The notes: generated from the sequence alone by a model not told the origin. A stretch of 64,000 nucleotides of DNA from Octopus sinensis (GCF_006345805.1 NC_043008.1:20522001-20586000), one strand, 5' to 3'. Positions 1 through 13,618 are shown, counted from the stretch's first letter. Translations and numbers: made by a program.

Positions 1-588
1 CATGTACGTATAAGATATATATATATATATGTATATATATACATATATATATATATATACGTATGTATATATGTATATTCCAAACGCTGAAACAGCTTTA
101 AGAGTGATTTTAATGATTCCAATAATTTATATTAAGGTTTTTTATAATTGTATTCTTATCTTATATGTATTGAATTTTAATGTATATATGTATGTTATTG
201 TGGTTCTCGTTTTGTTAAATATATAAGTCAACACTCTAATATCCTAAAGCTGATAAACCAACTAAATTGTTTCTCCATTTTCTTATTTGTATTATATATA
301 TGTGTAAATCTATATATATATAGAATGTTTGTGATACGTGCGTTAATTTACCAACTGATGGCTGCTAGGAAACAGGTTTCTACTCCCCAACGTAGACCTT
401 ATGTCTCTACAAACCAGAGAAAAAAACTGTTTTAAGCAGATATCTTTGAGGAAGCGGCATTTAATTAAAGAAATTCTCGGCCTATTCATGAAGTACGATG
501 CACGCTTTAAGACTAGGTAACGCCGATTTTTATTCTAATAAATGAGATACGTTCTATCTTATTTCCTATGAATGTCGAATATTATAAG

Positions 589-750
589 GCGTAGGAGTGG
601 TTGTGTGGTAAGTAGCTTGCTTTCCAACCACATGGTTCTGGGTTCAGTCCCACTGCGTGGCACCTTGGGCAAGTGTCTTCTACTATAGCCTCGGGTCGAC
701 CAAAGCCTTGTGAGTGGATTTCGTAGACGGAAACTGAAAGAAGCCTGTCG

Positions 751-826
<76 letters not shown>

Positions 827-1050
827 TGTGTGTGTGTTTGTGTGTCTGTGTTTTTCGCCCCCACTATCGCTTGACAACTGATGCTGTTATGTTTACGTCC
901 CCGTAACTTAGCGGTTCGGCAAGAAAAACCGATAGAATAAGTACTAGGCTTACAAAGAATAAGTCCTGGGGTCGATTTGCTCGGCTAAAGGCGGTGCTCC
1001 AGCATGCCCACAGTTAAATGACTGAAACAAGTAAAAGAGTAAAAGAGTAA
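589..1050 (+). mobile_element. tRNA-derived SINE with CORE-like centre and internal (TA)n(TG)n, full length
   Basis: tRNA-like head (TGGTAAG..., GGTTCAGTCC B-box-like), CCTTGGGCAAGTGTCTTC motif, microsatellite at 750-842, conserved 3' half ending in (GTAAAAGA)n. Near-identical copy at 15790-16213. Confidence 0.9.
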
Positions 1051-1367
1051 GGTGCCACTAAGAGGATACGTGGGAAATACCCGGAAAATAAAGGTTTTTG
1101 GTAATTTTCATCATCACATTTAAAATGTTTTATTGGAAATGGTGTAGAGACATGAGTGTGTGTTTAAATTTTTTGCTTTGCTATCACATGGTTCAGAGTT
1201 CAAATCTACTTTAATTCGGGGATGACCAATATCTTTGGATGTATTTGGTAACTGGATAGAAAACCGCTGCATCTGTGTTTGTGTGTATGTGTGTGTGTGT
1301 CTCCGAAAATAACTAAGAAACAAGAGCTCATGTATTAGAATGTTTGCTTAATCCTGGACCGAGTACT

Positions 1368-1945
<578 letters not shown>

Positions 1946-2000
1946 CCTTATATATGAAAGACAAATTTCCAGTGAAGTTTACATTCTATTTGGCCGTTTA

Positions 2001-2290
2001 GTCATAGGCTAACTTGTTAAAGACAGCGTATTCGAAAATATTTTAGAATGTAAGTAAATGGCGTAAAATGGTCACGATTTTCTTGGAAGTAAACAAGCTC
2101 AACATCGTGAAGCATTGATTGAAAAATGCTTCGGGCCAATCAAGAATTACATTGCAACATGTTCCTTAAAATAAATTTTCTTCATTGTCACTTTGGAATT
2201 TTTGACTCTGAATGCTGTGGGAAAATTAGTCATAAGGGATAGAGAAAGTGTTTACTAGGACAATGATCCGATGTGAAAAGATAGAATACC
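2001..2290 (+). pseudogene. Chapaev3-like (CMC) DNA transposase C-terminal remnant
   Basis: Manual translation across a frameshift gives LVKDSVFENIL...FLGSKQAQHREALIEK / MLRANQELHCNMFLKINFLHCHFGIF...GKISHKG. This matches the recalled FLGN..A.NY..LV..ML..Y..LGCNMSLKIHFLHSHLDFF...G..S.E.GERF motif. Contains stops and frameshifts. Confidence 0.72.
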
Positions 2291-2984
2291 ACTCAAATAC
2301 TGGGGTATCCTTTTGTCTTTTTATCCTTTTTATCCTTTAGTCTTTTTATCTATGTTTGTCTATTCCCCTGTATGTCTATCTCTCTCTCTCTCCCTTCCTC
2401 TCTTTCTCCCGTTCTCTCTTGCATTTTATAGCACTCGGATATGCAATGCCGTAATACGACCGTGGGGATCTTCTCACAGCGTCTTTTTCTATAGAAATGA
2501 AGACGGATCGACCGAGTGTCTGAAAGCCTATTATAATGTTATAATGTGTTACTCAAATAACCGAAACAGAGATATGTACAGAACTGAAACACTGCAACAG
2601 CAAATACAATTTATCAAACAATTAAAAATATGACTGTAAACACACACATGCAAGCATATGTACATACACACAAACACAACATACACATGTGTATGTATTT
2701 ATATTTGTCACCCACCGCCGGCCAAGAACTGAATTGTGCTCATAACAAAAATATAGGCAGCGTATATTAATAAGCGAAAGCTTAGTCAAGTCCGATGTAA
2801 GTAAAGGATAGGTGTCACTCACATATAATCAAAATTATAGCAAAAAGTATGTGCATGTGTGTATGGATGGATGGATGTTTGTATATATGTATCTATGTAT
2901 GCATGCATTTATGTGTGAACATGTATATATTTATTCATGCTTACAAACACACTCACATATATAATATTTATGCGTTTGAATGCA

Positions 2985-3900
2985 GAGAGATGGCAGAAAC
3001 GTTAGCACACCGGGCGAAATGCTTAGCAATATTTCGTCTGCCGCTACGTTCTGAGTTCAAATTCCGCCGAGGTCGACTTTGCGTTTCATCCTTTCGGGGT
3101 CGATTAAATAAGTACCAGTTATGCACTGGGGTCGATATAATCGACTTAATCCGTTTGTCTGTCCTTGTTTGTCCCCAGTGTGTAGCCGCTTGTGAGTTAT
3201 ACAGAAATAGGTATTTCGTCTTTACGTTCTGCGTTCAAATTCCGCCGAGGTCGACTTTGCCTTTCATCCTTTCGGGGTCGATTAAATAAGTACCGGTTAC
3301 GCACTGGAGTTGATATAATCGACTTAATCCCTTAGTCTGTCCTTGTTTGTCCCCACTGTGTGTAGCCGCTTGTGGGCAGTAAAAAAATTTTTAAATCTTA
3401 GCACGCCGGGCGAAATGTTAAGAGGTATTTCGTCTGCTGTTACGTTCTGAGTTCAAATTCCGCTGAGGTCGACTTTGCCTTTCATCCTTTCAGGGTTGAT
3501 TAAATAAGTACCAGTTACGCACTGGGGTCAATATAATCGACTTAATCCGTTTGTCTGTCCTTGCTTGTTCTCTCTGTGTTCAACTCCTTGTGGGTAGTAA
3601 AGTAATAGGTATTTCGTCTGCCGCTACGTTCTGAGTTCAAATTCCGCCGAGGTAGACTTTGCTTTTCATCCTTTCGAGATCGATTAAATAAGTACCAGTT
3701 ATGCACTGGGGTCGATATAATCGACTTAATCCGTTTGTCTGTCCTTGTTTGTCCTCTCTGTGTTTAGCCCCTTGTGGGTAATACAGAAATAGGTATTTCG
3801 TCTTTACGTTCTATGTTTAAGTTCCGCCGAGGTTGACTATGCCTTTCATCCTTTCCAGATCGACAAATTAAGTACCAACTGTGTACTGGTTTCGATGTAA
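2985..3900 (+). mobile_element. Head-to-tail multimer (~5 units) of Nin/Deu-domain-like tRNA SINE
   Basis: Repeated GTTCTGAGTTCAAATTCCGCCGAGGTCGACTTTGCCTTTCATCCTTTCGGGGTCGAT..AAGTACCAG units. The central motif resembles the Deu/Nin SINE domain. Confidence 0.9.
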
Positions 3901-4317
3901 TTTTGGGGCTTGTGCACGCACAAGCTTTTCTTTTGGACTCTATTCCCTTATAAATGGGCTTCATATTGTACATCGTTAGTTACTGGTAAAATATATCTAG
4001 AGTTATTCTCATATATTGACCTTATTCCTCAGTCTTGCAGAAAACCTAATATTGATTATATATGAAATTTTGAATAATATACGATAAAAAGTATTAACAA
4101 AAACAAATTACGCTATATTTGAGGAATGAATACAGTTTCGGTAGTTACACCCATTAGGGTGTAACGATATTGCTCCTTCCGGAATGAAAATGCGAAATTA
4201 ATATATAAAAATTAATTTCTTTTTTTTTTATTCACGCTGGTGCTCATCTGCCTATATTGTATTATATGCTTTCTACAGATCAACTTAAATTCATCATCAT
4301 CATCATCAGTAAGAATT

Positions 4318-4500
4318 CGAGCTGGCAGAGTCGTTAACACGCCAGACAAAATGCTTAGCTGCATTTCGTCCGTCTTTACATTCAGAGTTCAAATGTTGCC
4401 GAAGTCGACTTTACCTTTCATTTTATAAGGATCGATAAAATAAGTACCAGCTGATCTCTGGAATCAATGTAATCTCCTGAAATTGCTGTCCTTTTACCAG
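4318..4500 (+). mobile_element. Nin/Deu-like SINE, diverged copy
   Basis: GAGCTGGCAGAGTCGTTAACACGCC...GAGTTCAAAT...GTCGACTTTACCTTTCAT...TAAGTACCAG. Confidence 0.8.
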
Positions 4501-4526
4501 AATTTGGAATTATTATTATTATTATT

Positions 4527-5081
4527 CAGTAGTTTTATTTTTATAGCGTGCTTTCACTTCACTACCGAGCGCAGCTCTGTGTGCCTTGGGTATGTGCTGT
4601 GATTTGTTGTGATGCTCTGATGGTTATTGTATGGAAAGTGTTCTGCGTAGGATGTGTGCAGTGCCTAGTAGTGCAATTTTCTGTATGTTATATGTGTTTG
4701 TAAGTCCTGGTGTTTTTGTTATGTATTTGTCTGAATATTTTTTTATCATGCCTAATGCAGCTACTATGATAGGAATTGTTTCTGTTTTCAGGTTCCACAT
4801 TCTAGTTACCTCTATTTCCAGGTCTTTGTATTTTGAGAGTTTCTCCATTTCTTTTAGAGACACGTTGTCATCTGCCGGTATTGATACATCAATTAGAAAG
4901 CATTTTTTTTCTTCATGATCTCTGACAACTATATCTGGTCTGTTGGCCTTAATTTCTCTATCTGTGTGTATCGGCATATTCCAGAGTATGGTTGCTTTCT
5001 CGTTTTCTGTGACCTTTTCTGGTGTGTGCCTATACCATCTTTTTTCTGTTGTTATTCCATAATGTTGGCATAACTTCCAAT

Positions 5082-5083
<2 letters not shown>
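4527..5083 (-). mobile_element. 5'-truncated R4/Dong-like non-LTR retrotransposon (restriction-like endonuclease domain + 3'UTR)
   Basis: The frame is open from 5082: HWKLCQHY...WNMPIHTDREIKANRPDIVV..CFLIDVSIP..EKLSKYKDLEIE..MW..GTAHILRRTLSIQ*, a PD..D..E.K RLE. It is followed by a ~95 nt 3'UTR and flanked on both sides by (AAT)n. Confidence 0.9.
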
Positions 5084-5139
<56 letters not shown>

Positions 5140-5155
5140 TATTATTATTATTATT

Positions 5156-5459
5156 GAGTGAGAGAGCAGCGCATGCCTTTAAAGTGACACTGGGCCCAGT
5201 ATACCCATCATGACCACCAGTCAGGTAAGGGTACACTAGGCACATGCATCATAAACATATGTGCACAACATGGTGACTCATATCAATATAAACAGCACAT
5301 GACCTTACAGGTGGTGCCTAATTAGAAATTTCTTCAAGGTGAGTAGCCTATCCCGCTCACAGGTACATGAATAAGAGTTGTTTAAGGATGTTGAATGAAA
5401 CACCCATATTTCCAGAGGTGAATTATTCAAAGCCCAAAGAATTCCTCTCAACACATGGC

Positions 5460-5460
<1 letters not shown>
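5156..5460 (-). mobile_element. Non-coding (TAA)n-embedded retroelement, 5'-truncated copy
   Basis: Homologous to 5512-5835. Both copies end ...CTGCTCT(C/T)TCACTC followed by (AAT)n on the minus strand. No ORF. Confidence 0.75.
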
Positions 5461-5511
<51 letters not shown>

Positions 5512-6066
5512 GAGTGAAAGAGCAGTGTATGCCATCAAATTGAAACTGGGGTAAAATATACTAAGCCCAGTATACCCAACATGACTACCTGTCTGATAAG
5601 GGTACACCAGGCACATGCATCACAAATATATGTGCGAGACATGGTATCTCATATCAGGATAAACGGCACATGACCTTGCAGGTGGGGCCCAGTTACAATA
5701 TTCTTCTGGTCGAGTAAACCATCCCGCTCAAAAGGTCCTTGAATAAGGGTTGTTTAAGGATGTTGAACGAAACACCCATGTTTCCAGGGGTGAATTATTC
5801 AAACTCCAAAGAAGTCCTCTCAACACATGGCTATGTTACTCGACCAATACTTCTGCGCAGGATCAGAGATGCACACATCATCAGCCACCAAGGGACATGC
5901 TCAACTGGTTAAGGTCAAACAACTGACAAGCAAATTTGTGGTATTAGCAGAATATTTGCTGTAGCCCATCTTTTATATGAAGACAAAACAATGTACATGA
6001 TAACACTTCTACGTAGTTAAGATCTGAAACCACGAGAGCCACTGCCTGGTACTGCATGAGGGCATT
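5512..6066 (-). mobile_element. Non-coding (TAA)n-embedded retroelement, longer copy (~555 bp)
   Basis: Same 3' end as 5156-5460 and extends ~230 bp further 5'. Flanked by (ATT)n on both sides. Confidence 0.75.
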
Positions 6067-6084
6067 TATTATTAAATATTATTA

Positions 6085-6226
<142 letters not shown>

Positions 6227-6555
6227 TTTAATCTAAAGGATATTGCAGTAGATAAGTTTATTCGATTGGAATCTGGGAATAAATGTACTTATTATAGTAC
6301 ATTTTTGCCATTTCATTGACTAGTATTAGAACATCATTCAGATATCACCCTATCGTTTGTCAAGCTGACCTCGCAAAATGACTTCGGTTTTTGGCAATGA
6401 TTTTCTATATATATAACTCGACTTAAAATTCTTAATTAAAAATGCAAATGACCAAATAATATACGATGTATAACACTTATACATACATATAATGCATACA
6501 TTCACACATGCAAACACACATATATATGTATATAATCTTATACACACACACACAC

Positions 6556-6587
<32 letters not shown>

Positions 6588-7213
6588 GTATACAGATGTA
6601 TATTTATATATATATATATATATATACATGTATATATATATATACATATGTGTGTACATATACACACATATGTGTGCATATATGTGTGTGTATGTATATA
6701 TATATATTTGTATGTATGTATATATTTATATGTACATATATGTGAACATATATGCAAAAATAGACAGACAGACAGAAAGATAAGCATTGTTATGAAAACG
6801 AAATCAATACCATAGATCTATATGCGCGCCTGCGTTGTATGTGTGGGCAAGTGTGTGAGTGTGTGTGTATGTATGTGTATATGTGTGCGTGCATGCATGC
6901 ATGCATGCGTGAGTGTATGTGTATGTGTGCGTTGGTAGTATGCTTGGAAGGAAAGATTAATTTGTGGAAGCCAGCGATGATGATGTAACTGTAACTATGG
7001 AAGAGATTATGTGAAAATGTTTCCTAGACAAATAAGATATCTAAAATAATAATATATTGAACAGGAACATTCATGAGCTGACATTAGACTCCAGCCCTAT
7101 TGTAGCGTAAACAAACCAGAAATATATTACTGCCGTTTTAATTCGTGGAATTAAATTATTGCCATTTTAGTGCGTAATAAACGTCATTAATATAACAATA
7201 TACTATTATTTAA

Positions 7214-7590
7214 AGGCGGCAAGCCGGCAGAAACGTTAGCACGCCGTTAACCGGCAGAAACGTTAGCTTTGCGGTATTTCGTCTGCGGTTACGTTCTGAT
7301 TTCAAATTCCGCCGAGATGAACTGTGCCTTTCATCCTTTCGGGGGTCGATTAAATAAGTAACAGTTGCGTAATGTGAGTCGATCTAATCAACTGGTTCCC
7401 GCCCTCAAAAGTTCTGGCCTTGTGACTAAAGTAGAAATGAATATACGAGTATTTAAATTCGGCGAACTGGCAGAAACTTTAGCACACCGGGGGAAATATT
7501 TAGCGCTGTTTTGTCTGTCTTTACGTCCTGAGTTCAAATTCCACTGAGGTCAACTTTGCTTTTCGTCCTTTCGGGATCGATAAATTAACG
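7214..7590 (+). mobile_element. Two adjacent Nin/Deu-like SINE copies
   Basis: Heads at 7214 and 7459 (GGCG..CTGGCAGAAAC.TTAGC) each followed by the GAGTTCAAATTCC / CTTTCATCCTTTCGG core. Confidence 0.85.
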
Positions 7591-7640
7591 ATCGAAACCC
7601 CGATCCTACGACCGCTGCCTCAACCACTAGACCATTGCGC

Positions 7641-7705
<65 letters not shown>

Positions 7706-7795
7706 TGTACGTTAATATATATATGTATGTATATATGTAAATTACAGAGAAAGAGGAAATCACATAGATACGCAGATACCCCCCCACACACACAC

Positions 7796-7844
<49 letters not shown>

Positions 7845-8309
7845 TATATGTATATGTCATTTAAAAATATATCCGTGCCATGGGCCATCATTTTGCTTTT
7901 CTCTCCGTATTATATACAGACATTCCGTTGGTTTTACAACATGTAGACTAGCAATAACATAGTAAAGCAGATGTAGATGTTAAGACACAAAAATGCTAAT
8001 ATTTTAGTAAGTTTGGCATTCTCTCGGGTTAGACACGATGTATATTCAGTGCTATAAATGTCATGTTGTCAAAACTAAAGTTTTCGTTGTACTTCTTCCT
8101 TGTTCTTTCTTGTAACGGTCACAATGGTTATGCTTCCATTTTCTAGAAGTATCTTAATCTTAGTTGAACACGAAGTACATTTATGCTGCGCAAGAATTTT
8201 ATTGTGGGAAGACAGTATTATTTACATTTATTTATTCAAGTTTTGGCAAGAAAGAATATGTTTGTGCATGTGTGTGTTTTGTGTGTATATGCGTGCGTGT
8301 GCAAGCATA

Positions 8310-8452
8310 TATTTTCCAAATATATATATATATATAATATATATATAATATATATATACTCCTACATATATATATATATTATATATATATATATATACTC
8401 CTACATATATTATATATATATATACTCATACATATATATATATATATATACT

Positions 8453-8532
<80 letters not shown>

Positions 8533-8552
8533 TATATTATATATATATATTA

Positions 8553-8585
<33 letters not shown>

Positions 8586-8681
8586 ATATAATATATATAT
8601 ATAATATAATATATATATATATATATATATATAATTATATATATATATATATAATATATATAATATATTATATATATATAT

Positions 8682-8742
<61 letters not shown>
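8310..8742. repeat. Long interrupted (TA)n microsatellite
   Basis: About 430 bp of near-pure TA. Confidence 0.95.
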
Positions 8743-8745
<3 letters not shown>

Positions 8746-9052
8746 TAGTTATGGAATATAAGAATTACAAGCTTGCAGGGAAAAACAGCAGTTTGTCTCT
8801 AAATTATATATAAATATCTTTGTGTGTGTGTGTGTGTTTGTATATGCGTATGTGTTTGTATGTGCGTGTGTGCGTGCGTGCATGTGTGTGTGCCCGTTCT
8901 TTATAATATATATTTTCGGATACTTCACTAAAAGCAAATTTATTTTGTCAACAAATTCCTGTTTATCATGTACTAAACCCCTGTTACTCTCTCTCTCCCT
9001 CTTACACACACACATACACACACAGGTTGCCACATACATGTATACAAACATC

Positions 9053-9084
<32 letters not shown>

Positions 9085-9447
9085 CATATATGTATGTATA
9101 TTTATATGTATGTAGGTATAAATGTATATACGCACACACACACATATCCATAAGTGTAACATGGAATTTACACATTCCACATTCATAGAATACCAATATG
9201 TAATAAAAGAATTATAAGTTCAATACATGTAAATGAAATGACAAATCTTTGGAACAAAATAATAAAATCCGTTTTGTAACATGGCATTTAGCTTCTGCAA
9301 CAAGATTATATATTTTCCGAAGAATTTTTTTCAAAAATAAGTTATACATCTAACCACTTTTGGCAGTCTGGCAGAAATGAGATATCCAAATAGATAACGT
9401 TTTTGTATATTTACTCATGAATCTGGTAGCTACTATGCTGGGTTGTA

Positions 9448-9536
9448 TTATTCAACCATGTTCTGGTGTTTCAATGGTTCCATCTGCACCTCGGTATTGG
9501 CCTTGCCATTAGCAACATCTAAAATGCTGCTCAATC
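9448..9536 (-). CDS. Candidate terminal coding exon of an unidentified host gene (xLSSILDVANGKANTEVQMEPLKHQNMVE*)
   Basis: Strong minus-strand acceptor TTCATTTTTCTTTCTATCTTTAG|G, 28 open codons to TAA in non-repetitive sequence, and AATAAA on the minus strand at 8939-8944. No homology recognised. Confidence 0.45.
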
Positions 9537-10807
9537 CTAAAGATAGAAAGAAAAATGAATGTCAGTCAAACTAGAAAATGTCCATCGTCATATTGATTAA
9601 GTGATGGCAAAACAACCATTTTCGCAATTATATTTAAAGCGTTACTATTGGATCTAGTCTTTTTCATTCGCAAAATGAGCCCCCTTTAATTTTGCTCAGA
9701 TTGCTTTCATGCAGCGCTGAATACTGTATCAATGCAACCCTGAATTTTGATTACTATCAGCCAATTATTTTATCGCGTAAATTTAAGAATCTGATGCTAT
9801 TTGGAATTAAAGTTGGGAAATTGGGGTAATTTTAACCAATCAAAAGACAGCGAGACATTAATAGCTAGTTACCATGACAACCGCACAGTGTGTTGTGTTT
9901 CACACGCGGGTTGTGTTGATTTTTCATACCGCGAGATTTACTTCATCCGCGTGTTTTGTGTTAATAAACATTTTTATCAATGAATTAGAATTTTATTATA
10001 GATATATTTTGCCAATTGTCTAAATAATTATACATATTTTTCATATATAGCAAAAAATGTTTGCAATGTTTATCCAGTTTCTTGGCATTACGAAGGTGAA
10101 TGGAATATGTGAAATTAGTACAGATAATTTGACATTATTTTTGAATTCTGCATGCAAAAGCATATAAGATATAGGTATTCTTTTTGTTGACAAATTTGTT
10201 GACCACTGTTATTCTTATCGCAATTTACAAACGCAAACATGAAAACGTTACTCAACTTTGAAGTTTTGCAGACAGACAGACATGCACACACACTTATATA
10301 TTAACGATGTACACAAATACATGACAGGTAATCATAATACTGACATACGCATAAGGTAAACACATGCAGACAAATATATTAATATTACAAATTTAAGAAA
10401 ACATAACAAAAATACGATGAAAAAACAAAAGAAACAGTAAAAAAATACATGTTTATTTTATCAGGTATTTCTTTTTATTTAGAGACCTACAATTGAGAGG
10501 TCATTTCACTGACGCTAAACTATAAATTTCACAGGGTACAACCTTAAAGCTGACAGCGCTCTGCTAAATGCAGAAAATTTGTCTCGCTATTAGCTATAAA
10601 TACACAGTTTTTTTTAGTTTTTTAAACCTCTGTGACTTTTACCTCCAATCTTTTCGCCAAAACATTATACCTTCATAGCAATTAGACTGGAAAACTTTAT
10701 CATTATAGCCAAACTTCTAGGTTTTCTTTATCATTATAGCCAAATTTCTAGGTTTTTTTTTACTGTCTTTTAAAAAATGCTTATTTTGCTAATGAAATAA
10801 ACTAGAT

Positions 10808-11200
10808 CCTTACTCTTTTACTTGGGACTGCGGCCATGCTGGGACGACACCGGTGGGGTTACTCGAACAAAATCTTATTCTAAAAGGGAACAGCCAATAC
10901 TTAGTATAATCTGGTATTTATTCTATCGAATATTTTGCTGAATCTCTACTTTACGAAAATATAGACAACCCGACACTGGTTGTCAAACAGCAGCAGGTGA
11001 CACAATTACAAAGACACATACGCAAACACAAATACACACACACACACACACACACACATACACATACACACACACACATAACGCACAAGCATATGCGATG
11101 GGCTGTTACACTTTCGTCTACGAAATTCACTGACAAAATATCGGCCGAAAACTCAGAAAGCTCACACCCAACTTGCAGAGCAGTGAAACTGACCCGAATC
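10808..11200 (-). mobile_element. CORE-like tRNA SINE, diverged
   Basis: GACTGCGGCCATGCTGG...CAACCCGACACTGGTTGTCAA, internal (CA)n, then CTTTCGTCTACGAAATTCACT; reverse complement of the 589 family. Confidence 0.75.
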
Positions 11201-12641
11201 TCACTCTAATATTTCTTAAAATCTTATAAGTACGATTTATTTCCATCGCAAAATTCTTCAGGTGAAAATAATAAGTAGTTGGGGTGCACATACATATTCA
11301 TTTCCGAACAGCTTTTATGCACCCATTATATACATCACCTGGTTATGTTACCAGCTACTTGGGCATCAGAAAAATTTCCTAGATACACTTTGTTATCTTT
11401 AATAATATATTTCATATATTTTTATTGTCAATCTTAAAAAAAAAAAAAATTCACAAAATTAGAAAGCATTGTAATATAATGATAAATGCGGTTTCCTGAT
11501 TGGGTTTTATGTAAAGGAGTTGTTATAGTAACGATGTTCATTTAATATACATTAAATTTATAAGGCAATCGATATAAACCAGGCTTAAAACAAATTTCCT
11601 CTACTATTCGTTCGCTCATCTTATTCCGTTTATGGAAAGATTAACGACTTGGTTCAAAATAGTTTCAATTAATTTCAATGTAAAACGATCAGTAAATAAC
11701 ATCATTTATGAAACATTGCATCACGCCATACACAGTAAATCAATTTTCCTACATCTGATCATTATTTATGCAAAGATTTCATTTTTATTAATTTCAGAAT
11801 ATATAAATAATCTTTCGTTGAATTTCTAAACAACAATAATAATATATTCTATTGATTTAAAAGGAAAATACACATGTGGATTGTTGTGTGTTCGTAAATA
11901 TATTATGAACACAAATTCAATGTTTGCTAGTGAAATAAAATGTCGGTTGGGTCGAATTTGCTATTATAATAATGTAAGATTTACGCAGAAATCTGCAATT
12001 TGAAGAAAGAGTTAAAATCGATCCTGGTAACATGGAGGCCAACAGAGGTGAGATTTCACGTCAGACACTAAAGCGACGTAACTAAATTCTGCAACGTAAG
12101 TGACGTTTCTGTCAGTTCAGCATTCCACAACTCGTGTCATGGGGTGAGTTTTCTAACATAGGCAAAAACCCAGAAGTTTGGAGGACAGGGAAAGTTAACT
12201 ATACCCCACTCCTAGTACTTTACTTGGTTTCTACTTTATCTTATCGGTTGTAGAAGGAAAGACAATTAACGTCGTGTTGGGCAAGATTTCAACACAAAAC
12301 AAAGAATGTAACTAAGAACTGACAGGCACTTAATCTGTTGCTATGACGGTTCTGCTATAAAGAGCCCTCCAAGTCAGTGAAACTTATTCAACAGGAAACA
12401 TTAAATTAAAAATAATGGATTGAAATATTTCCGACAGTTTACAGTCTTCATTAACTGCCTCGTTTGGTATCTGTTGCTGCTTGCAATATCTTTGCGGTAA
12501 TCTCGCATAAAATATATATTCTTTCCCAGTAAAATCCAATATTTTCTGCCAATCCGATTGAAGGATCCTTGAGATTTGAAGAGATTTGTCAACTAACATC
12601 AAGACAACATCCGTGCTAATGTAGCATGTAGTAACTATAAT

Positions 12642-12674
<33 letters not shown>

Positions 12675-12675
<1 letters not shown>

Positions 12676-13341
12676 TCTGTAAAAACCTGGATTTGCCCCA
12701 TGAAAAAAACTGGTGGGAACACAAACCACCCCCAGTGCTTGAAAATGACCACATCTCACTCCTCTGGAACTTCACCATTCAAACTGACAGGAAGATAGAT
12801 GCAAATAGACCAGACATCATATTGAAAGACTTCAAACAAAGAACATGCCTCCTCATTGATATGACTGTCCCAATCGATATAAACGTATCTGTCAGGACCT
12901 ACCAAAAACTGAGCAAATATAAAGATCTTGAAATAGAAATCAGCAAAATGTGGAAGCTGAAGACTAAAACAATACCTGTTGTCATAGGTGCCCTGGGAAT
13001 GATAGCAAAAGGGGCTGATAGCTACCTAACTCAGATACCAGGAAACCCAAAAATGGCAGAAGTTCAAAAGATAGTGCTCATGGGAACTGCTCATATCCTA
13101 CGCAAAATACTCTCTATGTAACCTCAAGGTTTAAAACAACCATAATTTTCGGTTTAAAAAAAAAAAAAAAAAAAAACTTTTTTTTTTAGACATTCATTAG
13201 TACAACATCCCCACCACCACCCCAAATATATGGCACACTAGGCATAACAACAACATGAACTTCCAACCCTGTTGTCTCTTGAGGTCTCTGGGTGAGACTT
13301 GGAGCCAACTTGTACAAATATAAAGCAAAAGTCAAACATAG
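12675..13341 (+). mobile_element. 5'-truncated R4/Dong-like non-LTR retrotransposon (RLE domain + 3'UTR)
   Basis: Open frame ICKNLDLPHEKNWWEH...NRPDIILKD..CLLIDMTVP..KLSKYKDLEIEISKMW..GTAHILRKILSM* (stop at 13119-13121). Flanked by (AAT)n at 12645-12674 and 13342-13428. Confidence 0.9.
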
Positions 13342-13556
13342 AATAATAATAATAATAATAATAATAAAACAATAACAACAACAATAATAACAATGATAAT
13401 GATAATAATAACAACAATAATAATAACACTTTCTACTATACTACCAGGACTCAAATATAGGAGGACTGTTCAGTCTGTACTTATTTTATCGCCCTGAAAG
13501 ACGACAGGTAAGGTCAACTCAGTGGCGCTTGACTCAATAATAATGATAATAATAAC

Positions 13557-13618
<62 letters not shown>

